Assembly: GCA_030603385.1 (NCBI GenBank)
Contig: JAUVXW010000001.1
Location: 96,001-160,000 of the forward strand
DNA length: 64,000 nucleotides
Direction: 5' to 3'
DNA from: Promethearchaeota archaeon
GTDB taxonomy: Archaea > Asgardarchaeota > Lokiarchaeia > Sigyniarchaeales > SOKP01
The notes below the pieces were generated by a model. It had not been told where the DNA came from and did no database searches. It worked only from the letters and a program-made list of their open reading frames with translations. The position numbers were made by a program, and so were the translations under genes. Positions 50,491 through 60,213 of this stretch are shown here, piece after piece. Numbering within the stretch: the stretch's first letter is position 1; each line of letters begins with the position of its first letter.

Positions 50491-51447
50491 CTAAAATTCA
50501 GAAGATTTTAAATATATTTTTAAACTATTGAAAGCTTCTCCATTTAAAGCGCCCAATACTCCTGAAAAAACTTCAGGTCGTTTACTTCTTGTAACAGCCA
50601 TTAAAACAGCTCCATTAATAACTTCTTTTACTAAAATCCAACAATCTTCTGATTCGTAAACTACAGTTGATAATTTTAATGGAGACAAATTCGTAATGCT
50701 TTGAAATTCCATAATTTGTTGATAGATACTATAGATATTAGAATCTAATGTTCCAATCTCAAATTTCATAAATTGCAATGGTTTTGATTCAAATTTACCG
50801 AACGTCGATGTAATTAATAAGCCATCAGGTTGGTTGAATAAAAGGTATTCTGATATAGTATTAATCTTTAATTCATCTAATAAATGACGAATCTTTCCTA
50901 AACGTTGTAAGGATAAAGTATTCTTCTGGATCTCAAAATCTAAAATTTCGATTAATCTATGTTGAGCACTTCCTTCTTTTACAGACACTGGCGTGAAAGA
51001 AATCTTATCAATAAATTCCCCGTTTAACCCTTTAGATAATATCTCATAATATTCATCCTCTTTCGATTCTTGTAAATCAATTTTATTTAGCAATACATAT
51101 GCTTGATCGATTTCAGGAGAAAATTCAAATAAATATTTCAAGAAGTTATTAAAAATATCTCGTACTCCCGCGTCCACAAGAGCAGAATCTACCATAAAAA
51201 CTGCAGCAGTAACCTCGGAAAATATGAGTTCGCGCTGGGAATCAGAGAAATAACGTTCTAAATACCGTTCTTGACCGCCTAGATCCCAAATTGATAGCTC
51301 TAAAATTCCTCGGAAAATGAAATTTTCTCTAGAAACACCTTTAGTAGGTTTTAGATTTAGGACTTTCATAAAGTTGTATCCTAGGCAAGTAGTCCTCATT
51401 AAACTTGTCTTGCCTGCTCCAGCAGGTCCAAATAAAAGAATTTTCAT
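50491..51447 (-). CDS. Rag/Gtr1-like small GTPase with C-terminal roadblock-like domain
   Basis: G1 GPAGAGKT, G2 KPT, G3 WDLGGQ followed by the Rag-like YLERYF..QRELIFSEV...FMVD, G4 NKID; C-terminal LFNQPDGLLITST...YESED..ILV..V...VLMAVT. Confidence 0.82.
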   Translation of the reverse strand: MKILLFGPAGAGKTSLMRTTCLGYNFMKVLNLKPTKGVSRENFIFRGILELSIWDLGGQERYLERYFSDSQRELIFSEVTAAVFMVDSALVDAGVRDIFNNFLKYLFEFSPEIDQAYVLLNKIDLQESKEDEYYEILSKGLNGEFIDKISFTPVSVKEGSAQHRLIEILDFEIQKNTLSLQRLGKIRHLLDELKINTISEYLLFNQPDGLLITSTFGKFESKPLQFMKFEIGTLDSNIYSIYQQIMEFQSITNLSPLKLSTVVYESEDCWILVKEVINGAVLMAVTRSKRPEVFSGVLGALNGEAFNSLKIYLKSSEF

Positions 51448-51683
51448 CGTTCTTTATATTTTTTTTAGAATGTAATTAAGAAATCAATACATTAATATTA
51501 TTTTCAATGAAATTAATTGATTTTATATAATCTTTATAATTTTATCTTTATTTAATTTTTTCGAATTCTTAAAAAGAATTTAGTTTAAAAGCAAATTGAT
51601 CATGTGACGATTCAATTAGATATAATTTTTAATTCAATAAAATACGATATAGATATAATAACAAAAAAAGGATTAAAAATAAA

Positions 51684-52211
51684 ATGGATCTTTTAAAATA
51701 TATACGTAATGTACCTGATTTTCCAATTAAAGGAATTCAGTTCAAGGATATTACTACTTTGGCTAAACTTCACGCACCTTTTAAAGAATCATGTGACCAG
51801 ATAATAAATTACTTTAATGACAAAGGGATAACAAAAGTTACTGCAATTGAAGCAAGGGGGTACATTTGGGGGGGGGTTATAGCATACCAATTAGAGGCTG
51901 GGTTTGTTTTAATTAGAAAGCCAGGAAAATTACCTGCTGAGACAATTAGTGAGACTTATGAACTTGAATATGGTACAGATTCTATTGAAATGCACCGTGA
52001 TGCTATTGAAGAAGGAGAAAAAGTATTAGTTTTTGATGATTTACTCGCAACTGGTGGCACAGCAAAAGCAGCATGTAATCTAGTAGAAAAAGCGGGTGGA
52101 GAGGTTGTTGGTGTTGCTTTTATAATTGAATTAACGGGAAGCCTACACGGTAGAGACAAATTAAAGGATTATAACATTGTCTCTTTAATAGAGATTCCAG
52201 TTGAAGAATAA
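51684..52211 (+). CDS. apt: Adenine phosphoribosyltransferase
   Basis: PDFP..GIQFKDITTL, EARG, IRKPGKLP, YELEYG, VFDDLLATGGT. Confidence 0.97.
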   Translation: MDLLKYIRNVPDFPIKGIQFKDITTLAKLHAPFKESCDQIINYFNDKGITKVTAIEARGYIWGGVIAYQLEAGFVLIRKPGKLPAETISETYELEYGTDSIEMHRDAIEEGEKVLVFDDLLATGGTAKAACNLVEKAGGEVVGVAFIIELTGSLHGRDKLKDYNIVSLIEIPVEE

Positions 52212-52246
52212 ATTATTATATTAAAATAATTTAACAAGTCTTTTTT

Positions 52247-53245
52247 TTATATTCCTTCTAACTCAGCAGGAGTATATCCAAATGTTATAAAAAACCTCTT
52301 TTTTACTTGTTCTAAATTAAAAACTTGTGTTTGTGCCCCGGTAGTTTCAACCACAAACGAACCAATAATAGCTCCCAATCGACAAGAATCTAATATAGTC
52401 ATATTTAATATTAAACCGGTTAGTATTCCAGCACGATATCCATCTCCTGCACCAGTTGTATCTTTAACTTCCTTAGGCGTAGCAATTGAGATATTTATTT
52501 TAAATATTTTATTAGTCTCATCTTTATAGAGCAATTCAGACCCTTCAGATCCTTTAGTTATAATAATTGCCCTAACATGTTCAAGTATAGACTCTTCATT
52601 TAACTCGGATTTTTCTTTTATTTGATTTATTTCATGGTTATTGCCAATCAAAATTTCTGATTTATTAAGTATCTCGATTAGACTATCTTTCAGGAAAAGT
52701 GGAGTAACTTGTCCAGGATCAAATATAGAGGGAATTTTTAAATCAAATAATTGACCGGCAAAATTAGTCATAGCTTCTATACTCTGTGTTGAATTTATTG
52801 CATAAATATATTCTTCCGGATTTAATATTTTTTCTTTTAAATCAATATCCTTACACTTATCTAAAGCACCACCATGAAAAATGATCATTTGATTAGATTT
52901 GATATCATTAACTATATAACAAGCTGCTGTGAAAAGATCATCATGCTCATCAACTAATAATTCTATATTTTTAAACCTTTTTATATGATCTTTATATCCT
53001 AAACTCTCAAAATCATTTCCAACTGAACCAAATAATGATGTAACTGCAATATTTAAAAGTCCCAGATTATATGCGATGTTTCCTGCTGTTCCTCCAAAAA
53101 ATTGATGACGGCTATCTGCTGTGACAGTACTTTGATATTCCCCCTTATCGTGGTCAATAGATACGGCATTAATAAAACTCTCTTTAAAACCCATTATATA
53201 ATCAAAAGCTAATGATCCAAGAACAATAACTTTGGTTTTTTGCAT
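52247..53245 (-). CDS. PfkB-family nucleoside (adenosine-like) kinase
   Basis: GSLAFDYIM, GGTAGNIAY.L, FDPGQ, DTTGAGDGYRAG. Confidence 0.85.
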   Translation of the reverse strand: MQKTKVIVLGSLAFDYIMGFKESFINAVSIDHDKGEYQSTVTADSRHQFFGGTAGNIAYNLGLLNIAVTSLFGSVGNDFESLGYKDHIKRFKNIELLVDEHDDLFTAACYIVNDIKSNQMIIFHGGALDKCKDIDLKEKILNPEEYIYAINSTQSIEAMTNFAGQLFDLKIPSIFDPGQVTPLFLKDSLIEILNKSEILIGNNHEINQIKEKSELNEESILEHVRAIIITKGSEGSELLYKDETNKIFKINISIATPKEVKDTTGAGDGYRAGILTGLILNMTILDSCRLGAIIGSFVVETTGAQTQVFNLEQVKKRFFITFGYTPAELEGI

Positions 53246-53411
53246 GAGATTTTAAATTAAAATTAAGAAATAAATTTTATAGTAATCTATACTATATTAA
53301 AGCTTTATAGGAATTGCTATCTAGTAAGTTTTTTCATTATAGTCACCGGTTAAAAATAATTTATTAAATTTCAAATATTATAATTTAAAAAACTCTAAAT
53401 GGAAAAAAAAA

Positions 53412-54167
53412 ATGGGTCAACTAAAAATTGGAATAATTGGTGGTTCTGGACTGGATGATCCGGATATTTTAAAGGATGTTAAAGATATAGATGTTGATAC
53501 TTCATATGGAAAACCTACATCTCCTCTAAAAACCGGAAAAATTCATGGTGTTGATGTAATTATCATAGCAAGACATGGAAGAGAGCATACTATTCCACCA
53601 ACACAAGTAAATTATAGAGCTAACATACAAGCATTAAAAGATCAAGGCTGTACTCATATTTTAGCTACAACAGCTTGCGGAAGTTTGAGAGAACAAATTG
53701 GAAGAGGTGATTTAATTATTCTTGACCAATTTATTGACTTCACTAGGCTCAGGAAAGTATCTTTTTTTGAAGAGTTTGCCCCTGGGGATATGAAACACAC
53801 TCCAATGGCATATCCTTATTCAGAGGAGTTAAGAAATATCCTTATTGAAACAGCAAGGGAACTTAATCTTAAATATCATGAAAAAGGAACAGTTGTTACG
53901 ATTGAAGGACCAAGATTTTCAACAAGAGCAGAATCAGAAATGTTTAGGATATGGGGTGCAGATGTGATTAATATGAGCATCGCTTCTGAGACAATTTTAG
54001 CTAATGAAGCGGGTATCCCATATGCTGCTGTTGCTATGTCTACAGATTATGATTGCTGGAAAGACGATGAAGCTCCAGTTACATGGGAAGAGATCTTAGA
54101 TATATTTGGTAAAAATGTTAACAATGTTATCGCTTTACTGACTAATAGTATAAAAAAAATTAAATAA
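53412..54167 (+). CDS. mtaP: 5'-methylthioadenosine phosphorylase
   Basis: IGIIGGSG, RHG.H.IPP..VNYRANI, ACGSL, IEGPRFSTRAES, INM, TDYDCW. Confidence 0.95.
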   Translation: MGQLKIGIIGGSGLDDPDILKDVKDIDVDTSYGKPTSPLKTGKIHGVDVIIIARHGREHTIPPTQVNYRANIQALKDQGCTHILATTACGSLREQIGRGDLIILDQFIDFTRLRKVSFFEEFAPGDMKHTPMAYPYSEELRNILIETARELNLKYHEKGTVVTIEGPRFSTRAESEMFRIWGADVINMSIASETILANEAGIPYAAVAMSTDYDCWKDDEAPVTWEEILDIFGKNVNNVIALLTNSIKKIK

Positions 54168-54336
54168 CCTTTCTTTTTCTCGGTAATTTCTTTTTCTTAA
54201 AACCTTTGGAATAAAAAGTTTTGATAATTGTTAAAATCTTACGATTTATTAATTTAATAAAATTATTATTTTTTTACATATTTAAAATACGTAAGAAATG
54301 TTTTAAAGCTTATAAAATTCTTAGAGACTTTTAAAA

Positions 54337-55641
54337 ATGGTGAGTATTTCTTTTCTCGGAGGTTGTAGAGAAGTTGGACGAAGTGCTGTACTAGTGGAAT
54401 CTAAAAGCGGGATTAAGTGCATGTTGGATTATGGGATTCGATTCCGAGGAGAAGAGAGACTTCCCTATAGTACGAATATAGAAAATCTAAAAGCAATCGC
54501 TCTAACTCATAGCCATATTGATCATTCAGGGGGCTTACCTTTATTATATAAAACGAAAAAAGTTCCGTTCTTTACAAATTCCATTTCTCTTGCAATGACT
54601 GAAATTTTAATTAAAGATATGATAAAAATATCAAATTATCCTTATCCATTTGGATATAGAGAATTCGATTATTTAAAACAAAATTCATATTTCCTCAAAA
54701 ATGGAACAAGACAAAAGATTGCTGATAATTTCTTTATAACATTCATAAATGCAGGTCACATTCCTGGGAGTGTATCTATTTTACTTGAAGTAGATCATAA
54801 AACTATTTTGTATTCTGGTGATATTAACACACAGATTTCTAATTTAATACATTCTGCGAACTATATGGATATCCCTGAAATAGATACATTAATTATAGAA
54901 TCTACATATGCTCTTAGAAAGCATCCTCCAAGAGAGCAACTTGAGAAAGAATTTATAGAGAAAATAATGAATGTAATAGATAATGGTGGAACAGTCCTAA
55001 TTCCAGCTTTTGGTGTAGCTCGTTCACAAGAAGCTTTACTCATTTTGGAAAAATATGACTACAAAGGAAAAATCTTCATCGATGGGTTAGCAAGAAAAAT
55101 ATCTAAGTTATATTTAGATCATCCAGATTTTATCAAAAATATTAAATCATTCAGAAATGCATTGAATAAAGCACAATTTGTAACAAGACCTAAAACTAGG
55201 GCAAACATTAAAAAATCTAATGGAGTTATAATTTCTCCATCTGGTATGTTAAAAGGAGGTGCTGCAATAGAGTATATACAATCAATATTGGTAGATCCTT
55301 TATCAGCAATTTATTTAGTAGGTTACCAGGTGGAAGGAACACCCGGTAGAAATTTATTAGATGAGGGAATTTTTGAATTAAAAGAGTCTCGAAAAAATAA
55401 ACCTAATTTTGATTTAAGAATTGTAGCACAATGTGATTATGACTATTTTGACTTTTCAAGTCATTCTGATGGTATCCACATTCATGATTATATTGAAAAT
55501 CTGAATTTTAAAAGAAATGCCAACAGCGATATTTTCTGTATTCATGGAGATAATAAATCAACAACCAGCTTAGCTAGCGAATTGGTGAATAAAAATTATA
55601 ACTCAGTAGCTCCTGAAACAGGAGAGATTTACCAGGTTTAG
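54337..55641 (+). CDS. Beta-CASP metallo-beta-lactamase ribonuclease (aCPSF2-like, no KH domains)
   Basis: LGGCREVGRS, THSHIDH, AGHIPGS, YSGD, ESTY, PAF...RSQE, FSSH, IHGD. Confidence 0.88.
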   Translation: MVSISFLGGCREVGRSAVLVESKSGIKCMLDYGIRFRGEERLPYSTNIENLKAIALTHSHIDHSGGLPLLYKTKKVPFFTNSISLAMTEILIKDMIKISNYPYPFGYREFDYLKQNSYFLKNGTRQKIADNFFITFINAGHIPGSVSILLEVDHKTILYSGDINTQISNLIHSANYMDIPEIDTLIIESTYALRKHPPREQLEKEFIEKIMNVIDNGGTVLIPAFGVARSQEALLILEKYDYKGKIFIDGLARKISKLYLDHPDFIKNIKSFRNALNKAQFVTRPKTRANIKKSNGVIISPSGMLKGGAAIEYIQSILVDPLSAIYLVGYQVEGTPGRNLLDEGIFELKESRKNKPNFDLRIVAQCDYDYFDFSSHSDGIHIHDYIENLNFKRNANSDIFCIHGDNKSTTSLASELVNKNYNSVAPETGEIYQV

Positions 55642-55665
55642 ACGAATTGTTTTCAATATGTGATT

Positions 55666-57186
55666 CTATTTTTTTCGTAATTGATTTCGAATTGCAATAT
55701 TACAGTTTTCCAGAAATAATTCTACTTTTTCAATAGGGATCTTGGTTCCTGCCGCAGGAGGATGTCCCCCTCCTAATACATCTAAATTTGATTGTTTGCA
55801 TGCATCTCTAATCGCTTTTGAGAGATTTATGCCTTGATTTACAATGCTTTCATGTGCTCTTCCTGAAACTTTATATACGTCCTCATCAGTTCTTTTTGCT
55901 AAACCAAATATAGGTTTTGATTTATCTACACCTTTAATATGTTCGAAGATTAACATGGAAGTAATTGTTCCTATAATATTTTCGGGAATTACATCTTCTC
56001 CAAAAAAATATTGAATCGAATCTTTCTCTTGAATTTTATCATTCTCTTGAATCCAGGAAAGGCTCTCACCCAATGACTTTCTATAGTTTTTCAAAGCTTC
56101 CTTTGATTGTTGATAAATGTCCTTTCTATTTCCCATTGCAATAGCTATCCCTAACGAAGAATTATGAGTTCGGCCACAGGCATTTAGAAGATTAGAAAAT
56201 TCTTTAGCATCGTGAAGTTCTGAGCCAGCGGGTTCCTCTTTTAATATATACCGATTAATAATTAATTTTTTTATTATTTTATTAGGTTCTAAATCAAGTT
56301 TTATTGATGCATATTCAATAATAGCAGTAGATATGATTTGTTTCTCATCTTGGTTCAATTCACTCAACGTTTTTACATTACCTTCAGAATTTTCCATTAA
56401 TATTCCCTGAGTTTTCAAGAAAATCAAAGTTCTATTTGCATCTTTAGATAATCCGGGTAAAAGAATTTCTGTTGAATAAGCAATTGCTTCATTTAAGGGT
56501 TTTAAACTACGAAAATTTAAATCATTTACAACTTCGATTAACCCTAAATTCATCGCATCTTCTAAAATTAAAGTATTTAGTCCTAGAAAAGATTTGTTTA
56601 ATCCTTGATTTTGAATATCCCCTATTGCTCCAACGATAGCGATCGGTGATAAGTCTATATTTTCTTGATTCAGACATTTGGCAAAATAGTAGCATAATCC
56701 CGCACCTGAAATTTCAACACTACCATCAATTCCAAAAAAATAAGGGTTAATATGCCAATTTTTCGTTTTTTCATGGATTTGTTCAATCAATTTAACTTCT
56801 TCTTTGTTAGAAACATTTTGAGGAATGTGGTGATCTAAAATTAAAAAAGAATTAAACTTTGCTTTATTAACTAATTCTGTTTCTAATTCTAAATATTGTC
56901 CGCTACCAAAATCAGAAAAGATTAGAAAATTATTATATTCTTGAACTTTCTTTAAGATCTTCGCAATTTCTCTTTTTTCTAATTGTCTGAGTACAGTAAT
57001 TTGAAATGGGATTTTCTCTCGATATAAAGCTTTGCCAAGAATTGCACCCGAACTTAACCCATCAGCATCTAGATGGGTATAGATATTAATAGGAGTGTTC
57101 TTGCCTTCAACATGCTTAAATAAGTTATTCTTTGCAATCTTAAGATCGGCAAGCAATTTAGTTAATTTTTCTTTCTCTGTGTCCAT
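55666..57186 (-). CDS. RecJ/Cdc45-family DHH phosphoesterase (GAN-like)
   Basis: HLDADG, SDFG, LDHH, G..EISGAG, GAIGD.Q, EFSNLLNACGR, GGGHPPAAG. Confidence 0.9.
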   Translation of the reverse strand: MDTEKEKLTKLLADLKIAKNNLFKHVEGKNTPINIYTHLDADGLSSGAILGKALYREKIPFQITVLRQLEKREIAKILKKVQEYNNFLIFSDFGSGQYLELETELVNKAKFNSFLILDHHIPQNVSNKEEVKLIEQIHEKTKNWHINPYFFGIDGSVEISGAGLCYYFAKCLNQENIDLSPIAIVGAIGDIQNQGLNKSFLGLNTLILEDAMNLGLIEVVNDLNFRSLKPLNEAIAYSTEILLPGLSKDANRTLIFLKTQGILMENSEGNVKTLSELNQDEKQIISTAIIEYASIKLDLEPNKIIKKLIINRYILKEEPAGSELHDAKEFSNLLNACGRTHNSSLGIAIAMGNRKDIYQQSKEALKNYRKSLGESLSWIQENDKIQEKDSIQYFFGEDVIPENIIGTITSMLIFEHIKGVDKSKPIFGLAKRTDEDVYKVSGRAHESIVNQGINLSKAIRDACKQSNLDVLGGGHPPAAGTKIPIEKVELFLENCNIAIRNQLRKK

Positions 57187-57300
57187 TTTTCTGAATAATT
57201 AGATAATCATAAATTCAAAATTGAAACTATAATATAATAAGATATCAAAATTATAATAAATACTCAATTAAAAAAAGTAAATTTACTAAGGTGAAAATAA

Positions 57301-58296
57301 ATGCATCATATAAGAATAAATGAGCTTGCAAGAAACATTGTAGAGAAGATAATCAACAAGAAAGATTTATATAAAGCCAGTATAATTGAATTAGCTAATA
57401 ATTCTACTATTTTAGATATGACAAATGCTTCATGGAATGGGGGTAAATTGGTGGGAGAAATTTGTATGGGTGGTTTAGGAACTGTAGAATTTTCTCATTA
57501 TAATTTAGATGGGCATTTCATACCAAGTGTTACTGTTTATACTTCAGAACCATTAATTTCATGTATAGCTTCTCAATTGGCAGGTTGGAATGTGAAATTG
57601 AAGAAAGAAGTAGAAAAAAATGGACAAATGAAAAAAAAAGTCATTTTTCAGTCATTAGGTTCAGGACCAGCTCGAGCTAAAAGTAAAGTTGAAAAAATAT
57701 TTAATGAAATTGATTACATAGATAATTCTGATTGTGCAGTTATTGTTTTTGAGACCCCAAAATTACCAAATGAAGAAGTCATGAATATTGTTGCTGAAAA
57801 ATGTAGTGTTGATATAAGTAAAACTTATGCAGTTTGCGCGCCAACAGCTTGTTTAACAGGATCTATTCAAGTAGCAGCAAGAATTGTAGAAACAGGTGTT
57901 CACAAATTACATGAGATTAAATTTCCAATAGAATTAATCAGAAATGGCTATGGAACAACAACAATTGCTCCAATTGCGAAAGATGATCTAGGTGCAATGG
58001 GACGCACTAATGATTCCATAAGCGCAGGTGGAATGACATACTATACTATCGACGTTGAGAAAGAAAAAGAAGAAGAATTATTCGAACTTATTAAAAAGGG
58101 TCCAGCAAATACATCTTCTAGTTATGGAAAACCATTCATCGAAACATTTAAAGAGGCAAATTATAACTTTTATGATATTGATCCAGGATTATTTGCTCCA
58201 GCAACATACACTTTAACTAATATTAAAACAGGGAAAAGTTTAACTGTTGGAAAAGTAAATCATGAATTATTAAAACAATCTTATGGATTAGATTAG
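57301..58296 (+). CDS. mch: Methenyl-H4MPT cyclohydrolase
   Basis: EICMGGLG, SQLAGW, GSGPARA, APT....GSIQVAARIVETG.HK, AMGRTND, FYDIDPGLFAPA. Confidence 0.97.
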   Translation: MHHIRINELARNIVEKIINKKDLYKASIIELANNSTILDMTNASWNGGKLVGEICMGGLGTVEFSHYNLDGHFIPSVTVYTSEPLISCIASQLAGWNVKLKKEVEKNGQMKKKVIFQSLGSGPARAKSKVEKIFNEIDYIDNSDCAVIVFETPKLPNEEVMNIVAEKCSVDISKTYAVCAPTACLTGSIQVAARIVETGVHKLHEIKFPIELIRNGYGTTTIAPIAKDDLGAMGRTNDSISAGGMTYYTIDVEKEKEEELFELIKKGPANTSSSYGKPFIETFKEANYNFYDIDPGLFAPATYTLTNIKTGKSLTVGKVNHELLKQSYGLD

Positions 58297-58356
58297 TTGA
58301 AAAAATAAAAACTTTGTTCTAATATCATTAATTTTTTTATTTTATAAAAATAAAGC

Positions 58357-59490
58357 CTATATATTGGTGAGTTCTTCTTGATACTTTAAAATTTCATTTA
58401 CAGAAATATCCTTATCAAAGTTTATTTTTTTATGTATCCCTAAATATGCACACGCAAGATTAGCAGCAGCAGCAATTTCGGCTTTTTTAAGGGTTACAGA
58501 ATATTCATCCTGCTGATTTTGTTCTTCTTGGTAAGCATTTTCTTGATATCGATGATCTTGAATTTTAGTAGCTCTTTCATTTTTCATCTGGTATAATAAA
58601 GATGCCATTTTATCGGCTACTTTAAAAGGTAACTGGTTCTTAACAATTAAACGAATTATATTATTTACATCAAAATAATTCAAAGTTTCATATTTAGCAC
58701 GTAGAAAACTTTTAAGATTTTCAGAGTCTTTTTCACACTCAATTTCTGTCCAATCATGGATGGCTAGTTTTCTTCTAAAGTATATCAGCTCCCAATCAAT
58801 TTCCAGTTCTTTCAGAAATTCGAGTAATTTTATATCATTAGGTTTTCTTGATTCTATAATAATATAAAGTTGAAGACCATAATATTTATGCTCCTGTTGA
58901 AGGAAAAAGCCTCTTTGTTGCATAGATGCGAGAATCAATAACTTTATTGAAAAAACCTTATCGGAAACATTCTTTTTGCTACAGTTTAAGTAAATTACAT
59001 TTCCCTCTTCACTGATATATTCACAATCCAAAAACCCTAGAATACTCTCTTTATTTTCTTTTATAAATTTATTTAATCCAGTAAGAGTAGGTTTTACATC
59101 AAAACGCTTTAAATCATCTTGTCCAATAGTAACATAATCATTATAATTACTTCCAATAGCAAGTTTTATAGCATTTAATTTAAACTCTTTATCTATTCCA
59201 AATACTTTTTGAAAGGCTTCATTTATGGGAAACACTTCATCTTCGAGAATCTTAACATCTGCTATAGAACTCTCATATGGTTCAGGATCACTTAGCATCT
59301 TATTTAACACAGGCGCTTCTGAAGCCTCTACTTCAATTTCATATGATTTTGCTAAGTCTCTTCGAATAATGCAAACAGATCTCTTTTTTTTATTAAATAT
59401 TGAAAGCGAATTGTTATCATCAACCACCGCTCGAAATTTCTCAATGAATTTGTTTTCTGCGTTCTCTGAGCCTACTCTTCTTCTTCGAAT
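58357..59490 (-). CDS. Hypothetical protein
   Basis: 356-aa ORF from GTG 59427; the frame stays open to an ATT at 59490 (MRRRRVGSENAENKF...). No family recognised. Confidence 0.7.
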   Translation of the reverse strand: MRRRRVGSENAENKFIEKFRAVVDDNNSLSIFNKKKRSVCIIRRDLAKSYEIEVEASEAPVLNKMLSDPEPYESSIADVKILEDEVFPINEAFQKVFGIDKEFKLNAIKLAIGSNYNDYVTIGQDDLKRFDVKPTLTGLNKFIKENKESILGFLDCEYISEEGNVIYLNCSKKNVSDKVFSIKLLILASMQQRGFFLQQEHKYYGLQLYIIIESRKPNDIKLLEFLKELEIDWELIYFRRKLAIHDWTEIECEKDSENLKSFLRAKYETLNYFDVNNIIRLIVKNQLPFKVADKMASLLYQMKNERATKIQDHRYQENAYQEEQNQQDEYSVTLKKAEIAAAANLACAYLGIHKKINFDKDISVNEILKYQEELTNI

Positions 59491-59675
59491 TTTTAATCAA
59501 CTAATTATTTATGAAATTTATTCTTAGTTAATTTATTTATAAAATTTTTATCTTAAATTCTTAACTAAAAGAAATTATTAATCTTAGTTTTGTATTAAAT
59601 TAAAACTAAAACAGCCTTAAAACTAAATAATTTATAAATGGATACTAGAATTTTGTCAGAAAACTAATAATTATC

Positions 59676-59855
59676 TTATTCTAATTCCTCTTCTAAGAAA
59701 TAGTTGTCATCCTTCTTTATATAAACGGTCGTAGAACCAAAATTATTACGAACAGTATATTTATCTCCTTGAACATCTAATATTTCTATTGAATATGATA
59801 ATCTCCTTTTATTTAGGATATCTTCAACTATTTTTTTCTCTTCTTTAGAATCCAT
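59676..59855 (-). CDS. 59-aa hypothetical protein (not in ORF track)
   Basis: MDSKEEKKIVEDILNKRRLSYSIEILDVQGDKYTVRNNFGSTTVYIKKDDNYFLEEELE*; genome-typical composition with a helix + beta-strand pattern. Confidence 0.7.
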   Translation of the reverse strand: MDSKEEKKIVEDILNKRRLSYSIEILDVQGDKYTVRNNFGSTTVYIKKDDNYFLEEELE

Positions 59856-60021
59856 AACTAAGATTTATATTTCAAATCAAAAAAATTTTACTATTTTTAC
59901 CAACATTTCTGTAGTAAATTTAAAGATTGTAGACTCTTTTTCATGTATTATTGAGATCTTATATATACTTATTAGATCAGCAAGTATAAACTTAAAATAG
60001 AATTTCGATTGAATCAAAAAA

Positions 60022-60122
60022 GTGGAAATCTATTTCCTAAATGAAAAAATTGAGGTTTTAATAAAGGTTATTTTTTCATTAGGGGTAATTCCACGATTTT
60101 ATTAAAAATCGGGGTTTTTTTT
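60022..60122 (+). promoter_or_regulatory. Long hairpin overlapping a second hairpin + T-run upstream of the glycosyltransferase
   Basis: GTGGAA..CCTAAATGAAAAAAT pairs with ATTTTTTCATTAGG..TTCCAC; CCACGATTTT pairs with AAAATCGGGG; then T8. Confidence 0.4.
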
Positions 60123-60213
60123 AATAAACAGTTTAATAAATAAATGAGTATTTCATTAAAATATCTACATAGCAAAATTTTGCACATAATTGATCTCTCG
60201 TCTCTGAAGCATT

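Noticed and set aside
51868-51876. G9 homopolymer inside apt as a phase-variation site
   Set aside because: It is in frame, encodes W-G-G-V, and the gene is intact; nothing shows length variation.
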